Below, in pieces: positions 28,101 to 32,000 of a stretch of 32,000 nucleotides of DNA; within the stretch, counting starts at the first letter, position 1; each line of letters opens with the position of its first letter. Where the stretch lies: assembly GCF_000018785.1 (NCBI RefSeq), contig NC_010163.1:360001-392000 (forward strand). The letters are read 5' to 3'. The notes under the pieces are model-generated. The model was given only the letters and a program-made list of their open reading frames with translations. It was not told where the DNA came from and made no database searches. Both the position numbers and the translations under genes were made by a program. Origin of the DNA: Acholeplasma laidlawii PG-8A. Its GTDB lineage: Bacteria > Bacillota_I > Bacilli_A > Acholeplasmatales > Acholeplasmataceae.

Positions 28101-28744
28101 AGATATTTTTTATCAGATTGTTCTCTATAAAAGTTTTTTATATGACTAATTTTACTTTTTTCTTTCTCGTAGTTTTTAGTTGCATCCTCAATTTCTAAAA
28201 GAAGTAGTGCTTGATTTGATTCGAAATTTTCTATAATTTTTTCAAATTCTTTTTTATAATTAGACTCTAATAATGTTATAGACTGAGCACTTTGCTTTTT
28301 TATGTCTACCATCACTTTAGAGATATCTGAAACTTCTTTAGAGCGAATGGAATGAGCCTTAGATTTACTTTCGTTAAATGCATGCTCAATATTTAATATA
28401 AGTGATTTTATACGTTCAACTTCTGTTTTAGTGTTATTTAAAATAGATTGATATTCTTCCTTAGAATTCATCTCTATCTGTGATACTTGAAGATCAATCT
28501 GGTTTGAAAAGTCATGAAGATTTAGTTCTAGGGTTTTAATTTTTTCATTAAAACGCACCTTAATTTCTTGGTGCGATTCATTTGTAGATTGTTCGGCCTT
28601 TTTATGTGCTTTATCAAATGTTAAAAACTCTCCTTTAATTTCAGAGAGTAATGATTTAAGCTGCGTCAATATTGATTTATAATTCTTATCTTTTTTAGCG
28701 AGTTCATCTAAAGCTAAATTAGATTCTTTTACAAATTCAAACAA
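25196..28744 (-). CDS. Very long coiled-coil protein of unknown function (1182 aa)
   Basis: Continuous 3.5 kb ORF rich in K/E/L/Q/I with long heptad-like stretches. TTG start at 28744-28742 preceded by SD AGGTG with about 7 nt spacing. No signal peptide, P-loop or Cys seen. Confidence 0.88.
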   Translation of the reverse strand: MFEFVKESNLALDELAKKDKNYKSILTQLKSLLSEIKGEFLTFDKAHKKAEQSTNESHQEIKVRFNEKIKTLELNLHDFSNQIDLQVSQIEMNSKEEYQSILNNTKTEVERIKSLILNIEHAFNESKSKAHSIRSKEVSDISKVMVDIKKQSAQSITLLESNYKKEFEKIIENFESNQALLLLEIEDATKNYEKEKSKISHIKNFYREQSDKKYLSIKNDYHAASIEFNKSLETLKKEKEHHLKELKQSDEANRLPIEDALDKLKLDYEAQKLQVEQTYKEKLEAHKNKIEVITTNFNTKKDELTITYSDALSLINSKLSSFRDVIANDRLDRNQKLKEDLKETQNEDAIKALKKDVKRHLRQQDAELNRQIIRTEKESHALLKAHYQKLQDLELKYLEDKSNWRIKGKKFVIDQKLENYVNEQNYQYQLKSLQLQLKTLKSTYEFELEKTDITHLSQIAPLDLKLSVANAISEKDVNLLSNDTNYHLNFYQHQEDSLTHNFTVFKLTKEHELEVLNLTKEHDLSVSNMSLQLSIDKENVIREQQLANQQLKKDYIEYTYQKQVSSEELIYLKQKALYENEIQHLMKSEHSYHNYLTDKRVIEQSILKHKRRIEETNIHFLERLEFVDMTNEMLTKDLEVIHSRIHYLFNQIYLIYNIHHHFMLSLIQIYEIPAHPEDVKQYIHLYLEVFKHLNSIQEQAKDQFLLDLNTFQEVKINDLSALKLKTNNDLLESEYMAKIKTIDLDITSTNQIISDIEDRILVLSSNVDRVQFELNEIETSDNPKASLSTKKDLTKQLNIIESEISTLDKSIIKYNNQIDLLNKRKNRLLGELDKKRSITLSKNQTDTKSYLKQKLFYIHGIKQITQLFKVYEEKVLVITNKLDQPLYLTDNIIKEYQKGYTRIEEYFEKTSNAIYQSLLKGSVSLYDKLMAQQNISKKDFLTEQKHLLKKLDKQQLEFELKLKNLSSDFKHHLQLLSDEKDTIIQNINTVQFKSQEQDLINQQKLMSLTESKIMSTESNLNKEILLIDDNLKSVILQMHNDFDKQIQKIKLQHDKNILKHNEAMLLKTKNLKALEESTKLKNGQLSMRFTQAEVKLIELNKEKIANFEQSIQKKHSLLLKKIQSYADELKSAQTKKDLSIKDNESKLLAFTSKVEIHERKILQKDLKDAKASYQFKQRTLKL

Positions 28745-28989
28745 GCATTTTCACCTACCTAACTTATTATATCATAATAAGCATCTCTATTTTCTATTTT
28801 AAAGCCATTTTAGTGGCTGAGAGTTTAATTGGTTTTATCAAAAATAAACTGCAGATTAGGACTTACTAGTATGTTGTTATGAATTTATATATATAGCCAT
28901 AAAACAATGTAAAAAAGGCACATATTGGTCTAAAAAGTCCGTAAAAATGTTATAATTAAATTTAAAGATAATAAAGTTAGGTGAAATCT

Positions 28990-29550
28990 ATGTATCGATA
29001 CATTAAAGGTATAGTAACACAAATTAATCCACAACATATTGTTGTTGAAAATAATGGTGTGGGCTATTTAGTCTTAAGTCCAGTACCATATCAATATAAA
29101 ATTGGTGAAGAAACAACAGTAGTAACTTATTTACATGTAAGAGAGGATATTTTTCAACTTTATGGATTTAAAGATGAAGAAACTTTAAATCTATTTTTAA
29201 AACTTATAAGTGTATCTGGTATTGGTCCAAAATCTGCAATGAGTATTGTAGCATTTGATGATACAAATAAAATTATTGCAGCCATTGAAACATCAGATGC
29301 AAAATATTTAACTAAGTTTCCTGGTATTGGGATGAAGAGTGCTCAACAAATTATTTTAGACTTAAAAGGTAAACTGGTAAATGATGAACTAGATATGCAA
29401 CTTTTAAGTGATAACTCTAAGGATGTAGCTGCTGCATTAGAAGCATTAGGCTATAATAAAAAAGAGATTGCAAAATCATTAAAGCATGTTAATTTTGATC
29501 AAGACTTAAATAAAGCACTAAAAGAAGCACTTGCAATATTATTAAAGTAG
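28990..29550 (+). CDS. ruvA: Holliday junction branch migration protein RuvA
   Basis: MYRYIKGIVTQINPQHIVVENNGVGYLV, LQLYGFKDEETLNLFLKLISVSGIGPKSAMSIV. The ATG at 28990 follows AGGTG; the track starts at an upstream GTG. Confidence 0.96.
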   Translation: MYRYIKGIVTQINPQHIVVENNGVGYLVLSPVPYQYKIGEETTVVTYLHVREDIFQLYGFKDEETLNLFLKLISVSGIGPKSAMSIVAFDDTNKIIAAIETSDAKYLTKFPGIGMKSAQQIILDLKGKLVNDELDMQLLSDNSKDVAAALEALGYNKKEIAKSLKHVNFDQDLNKALKEALAILLK

Positions 29551-29559
29551 GTATGACAC

Positions 29560-30573
29560 ATGAGTGAAGAAAAATCAGTATTAAGAGATTTAAATTTAAA
29601 AAATGATGATGAATTGATGCTTCGTCCTCAAACCTTAAACCAATATATAGGGCAAGATGATATTAAAGAAATGTTATCTATTTATATTCAGGCAGCATTA
29701 AAACGTGAAGAAAGTTTAGATCACGTTTTACTTTATGGTGCACCGGGTTTAGGTAAGACAACACTTGCTCAAATTATCGCTAATGAGTTAGGTGTAGATA
29801 TCAAAATAACAAGTGGTCCAGCTATAGAAAAAACAGGTGACTTAGTAGCCCTTCTTTCTTCATTAAGTCCAGGAGATGTGTTATTTATTGATGAAATTCA
29901 CCGTATACCTCGTTTTGTTGAAGAGGTTCTTTATTCTGCAATGGAAGATTATACGCTTGATATTGTTCTAGATAAGGAAAGAGATTCTAGAAGTATTAGA
30001 ATCGAATTACCACCGTTTACACTCATTGGTGCAACCACTAGATTTGGTGATTTATCACACCCGTTAAGGGAACGATTTGGTGCTGTATTTAGATTAAGTT
30101 ATTACAAGTTAGAAGAAATCAAACAAATTGTAAGAAGAACTTCTAAAGTATATCAAAATGAAATTGATGAAAAAGCAGTAGATGAATTATCTAAGCGTAG
30201 TAGAGGTACACCTAGAATAGCAAACCGTCTATTTAGACGCGTAAGAGACTTTGCTGAAATTATGACAGATGCCGTGATAACACTAGATATTACACAGTTA
30301 GCATTGACCAAATTAGGCATTGATCATAAGGGTCTGGATGCATCAGACTATTTATATTTAAGAGGCATTGTAGAGCGATTTAATGGTGGTCCTGTTGGAC
30401 TTGAATCACTGGCTTCTACAATTGGTGAAGAACCAGGAACAATTGAAGATGTATATGAACCTTACTTGTTACAGGAAGGTTATATTAAACGTACACCAAG
30501 AGGTAGAGTTGCAACAGAACTTGCATACAACCTTTTAGGTGTGAAATATTATAAAGGATTATTAGACAATTGA
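29560..30573 (+). CDS. ruvB: Holliday junction branch migration helicase RuvB
   Basis: [66 protein letters not shown]. Confidence 0.97.
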   Translation: MSEEKSVLRDLNLKNDDELMLRPQTLNQYIGQDDIKEMLSIYIQAALKREESLDHVLLYGAPGLGKTTLAQIIANELGVDIKITSGPAIEKTGDLVALLSSLSPGDVLFIDEIHRIPRFVEEVLYSAMEDYTLDIVLDKERDSRSIRIELPPFTLIGATTRFGDLSHPLRERFGAVFRLSYYKLEEIKQIVRRTSKVYQNEIDEKAVDELSKRSRGTPRIANRLFRRVRDFAEIMTDAVITLDITQLALTKLGIDHKGLDASDYLYLRGIVERFNGGPVGLESLASTIGEEPGTIEDVYEPYLLQEGYIKRTPRGRVATELAYNLLGVKYYKGLLDN

Positions 30574-31589
30574 AATTAGAATTATTTGATTATGATTTAC
30601 CCAAATCACATATAGCGCAACATCCAAAAGATAAACGAGACCACTCAAAATTATTGGTTGTTGATAGAGAAAAACAAACAACAAAAGATTGTTTGTTTTA
30701 TGACATCTTAGATGAGTTAAGTAGCAATGATGTACTAGTTATGAATAACACAAAAGTTATCCCTGCAAGATTAATTGGTGAAAAGATCGATACGCATGCA
30801 GTCATTGAAGTTTTACTACTTAAAGAGTTAGAAAAAAACACTTGGGAAGCTTTAACGAAACCTGCCAAAAAAATTAAAATTGGTACTGTAGTAAGTTTTG
30901 GTGATGGTGCACTTAAAATGGAGTGTATTGGCATTAAAGATGAAGGTATTCGCATCTTTAAAGCAATCTATGAAGGTATATTTTTAGAAGTACTAGATGC
31001 TTTAGGTACCATGCCACTACCACCTTACATAACGGAAAAATTAGAAGATAAATCAAGATATCAAACTGTTTATGCAAAATATGCAGGATCTGCTGCAGCA
31101 CCTACTGCAGGACTCCATTTTACCAAAGAACTTTTAGAAAAGATTAAAGCCAAAGGTGTTCAAGTATTAGAAATTACACTCCATGTTGGTTTAGGTACAT
31201 TTAGACCAGTTCAAGTAGATGATGTATTAGAACATCAAATGCACTATGAAAGTTATGAGATAAACGAAGAGACTGCCCGATTATTAAACCAATATAAAAA
31301 AGAAGGTAAAAGAATTATCGCAGTTGGTACAACCACTGTAAGAACACTAGAATCTAACTATAATGATGGATTCCATGCAGGTAATTACTCAACCAACATC
31401 TTTATTTATCCGGGATATCAATTTAAGATCATTGGTGCGATTATCACTAATTTCCATTTACCAAAATCAACGCTCATCATGTTGATTTCAGCATTCTATA
31501 ATAGAGAAAAAGTGCTTGAAGTCTATGAAGACGCAGTGAAAAAAAACTACCGCTTTTTCTCATTTGGCGATAGTATGTTTATTAAATAA
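30570..31589 (+). CDS. queA: S-adenosylmethionine:tRNA ribosyltransferase-isomerase QueA
   Basis: [61 protein letters not shown]-like segment. TTG start overlapping the ruvB TGA (TTGA). Confidence 0.95.
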   Translation: MKLELFDYDLPKSHIAQHPKDKRDHSKLLVVDREKQTTKDCLFYDILDELSSNDVLVMNNTKVIPARLIGEKIDTHAVIEVLLLKELEKNTWEALTKPAKKIKIGTVVSFGDGALKMECIGIKDEGIRIFKAIYEGIFLEVLDALGTMPLPPYITEKLEDKSRYQTVYAKYAGSAAAPTAGLHFTKELLEKIKAKGVQVLEITLHVGLGTFRPVQVDDVLEHQMHYESYEINEETARLLNQYKKEGKRIIAVGTTTVRTLESNYNDGFHAGNYSTNIFIYPGYQFKIIGAIITNFHLPKSTLIMLISAFYNREKVLEVYEDAVKKNYRFFSFGDSMFIK

Positions 31590-32000
31590 TATATAAAGTA
31601 ATTGAAACTAGACCAACTGTTAAAGCATATAGAGAAAACCAAATTAAATTTTTAACAGTGACATATTTGTGCATGATCTTTATAGTTAATAACGAGAAGA
31701 TAAAACTAAATATAAAAGCAAGACTAAATCCTGGGATATCACTCATTGTTCCAGGATTTTTTATTGCATCATATAATCCTAGACCTGAAACAGGTATACT
31801 AATAAGTAAATAACATAGAAATGAAAAACGCATAACTTTTTTGATTTCAATTTTTTGACTCAAACCACCCACTAAGGTAATACCTGATCTACTAATACCT
31901 GGGAATACTGCAAACATTTGAATTAAACCAATCACACCGGCATTTTTAAATGTAATATCATTTGAAAACTTTTTGTTTCTTAAAAGGAAAACTAAGAATA
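31582..32000 (-). CDS. uppP: Undecaprenyl-diphosphatase UppP/BacA, C-terminal part (gene continues past the window)
   Basis: The frame stays open to the window edge. Upstream residues [45 protein letters not shown] carry the PGxSRSG motif. The track start at 31935 is internal. Confidence 0.9.
   Translation of the reverse strand, partial: FLVFLLRNKKFSNDITFKNAGVIGLIQMFAVFPGISRSGITLVGGLSQKIEIKKVMRFSFLCYLLISIPVSGLGLYDAIKNPGTMSDIPGFSLAFIFSFIFSLLTIKIMHKYVTVKNLIWFSLYALTVGLVSITLYII
31726..31762 (+). terminator. Candidate + strand terminator for the ruvAB-queA operon, inside antisense uppP
   Basis: aaatcctgg (31726-31734) pairs with ccaggattt (31751-31759), ending in six T (31757-31762). Confidence 0.55.

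Noticed and set aside
25196-28744. Coiled-coil protein as SMC/RecN/SbcC-type ATPase
   Set aside because: No Walker A, Walker B or ABC signature visible at either end of the translation.
30698-30955. Minus-strand ORF opposite queA
   Set aside because: Shadow ORF within conserved queA.
1-32000. CRISPR array, transposon or prophage, tRNA/rRNA genes, toxin-antitoxin or defence island
   Set aside because: No regularly spaced repeats, transposase or integrase motifs, tRNA-like cloverleaf with CCA context, or defence-type domains were seen by eye.

Overview
This AT-rich, low-GC Gram-positive or Mollicutes-like window is almost entirely housekeeping. Gene order and protein style look Acholeplasma-like; that is inference. 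All ORFs read in the standard or table 11 code. In order it contains: the tail of an FtsX-like permease; a paired U32 (YrrN/YrrO-like) operon; tpx; ftsY-ylxM-ffh; polA, a single-ORF mutM::coaE fusion, dnaB and dnaI; a T-box leader and thrS; an ABC-2 exporter pair; a Mrp/ApbC-family ATPase with no cysteines; an alcohol-acetyltransferase-like and zinc-ribbon membrane protein pair; radC; a DUF697-like membrane protein; rplU-prp-rpmA; obgE; two lipoproteins; a 1182-aa cysteine-free coiled-coil protein on the minus strand; ruvA-ruvB-queA; and a partial uppP. I found no CRISPR array, mobile element, rRNA, tRNA or clear defence system. The items most worth a second look are the cysteine-free Mrp protein, the mutM::coaE fusion, the giant coiled-coil protein, hairpins that bury the Shine-Dalgarno sequences of tpx and radC, a terminator-like hairpin for queA embedded antisense in uppP, and a palindrome over the promoter of the U32 operon. 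None of these by itself establishes a new system.
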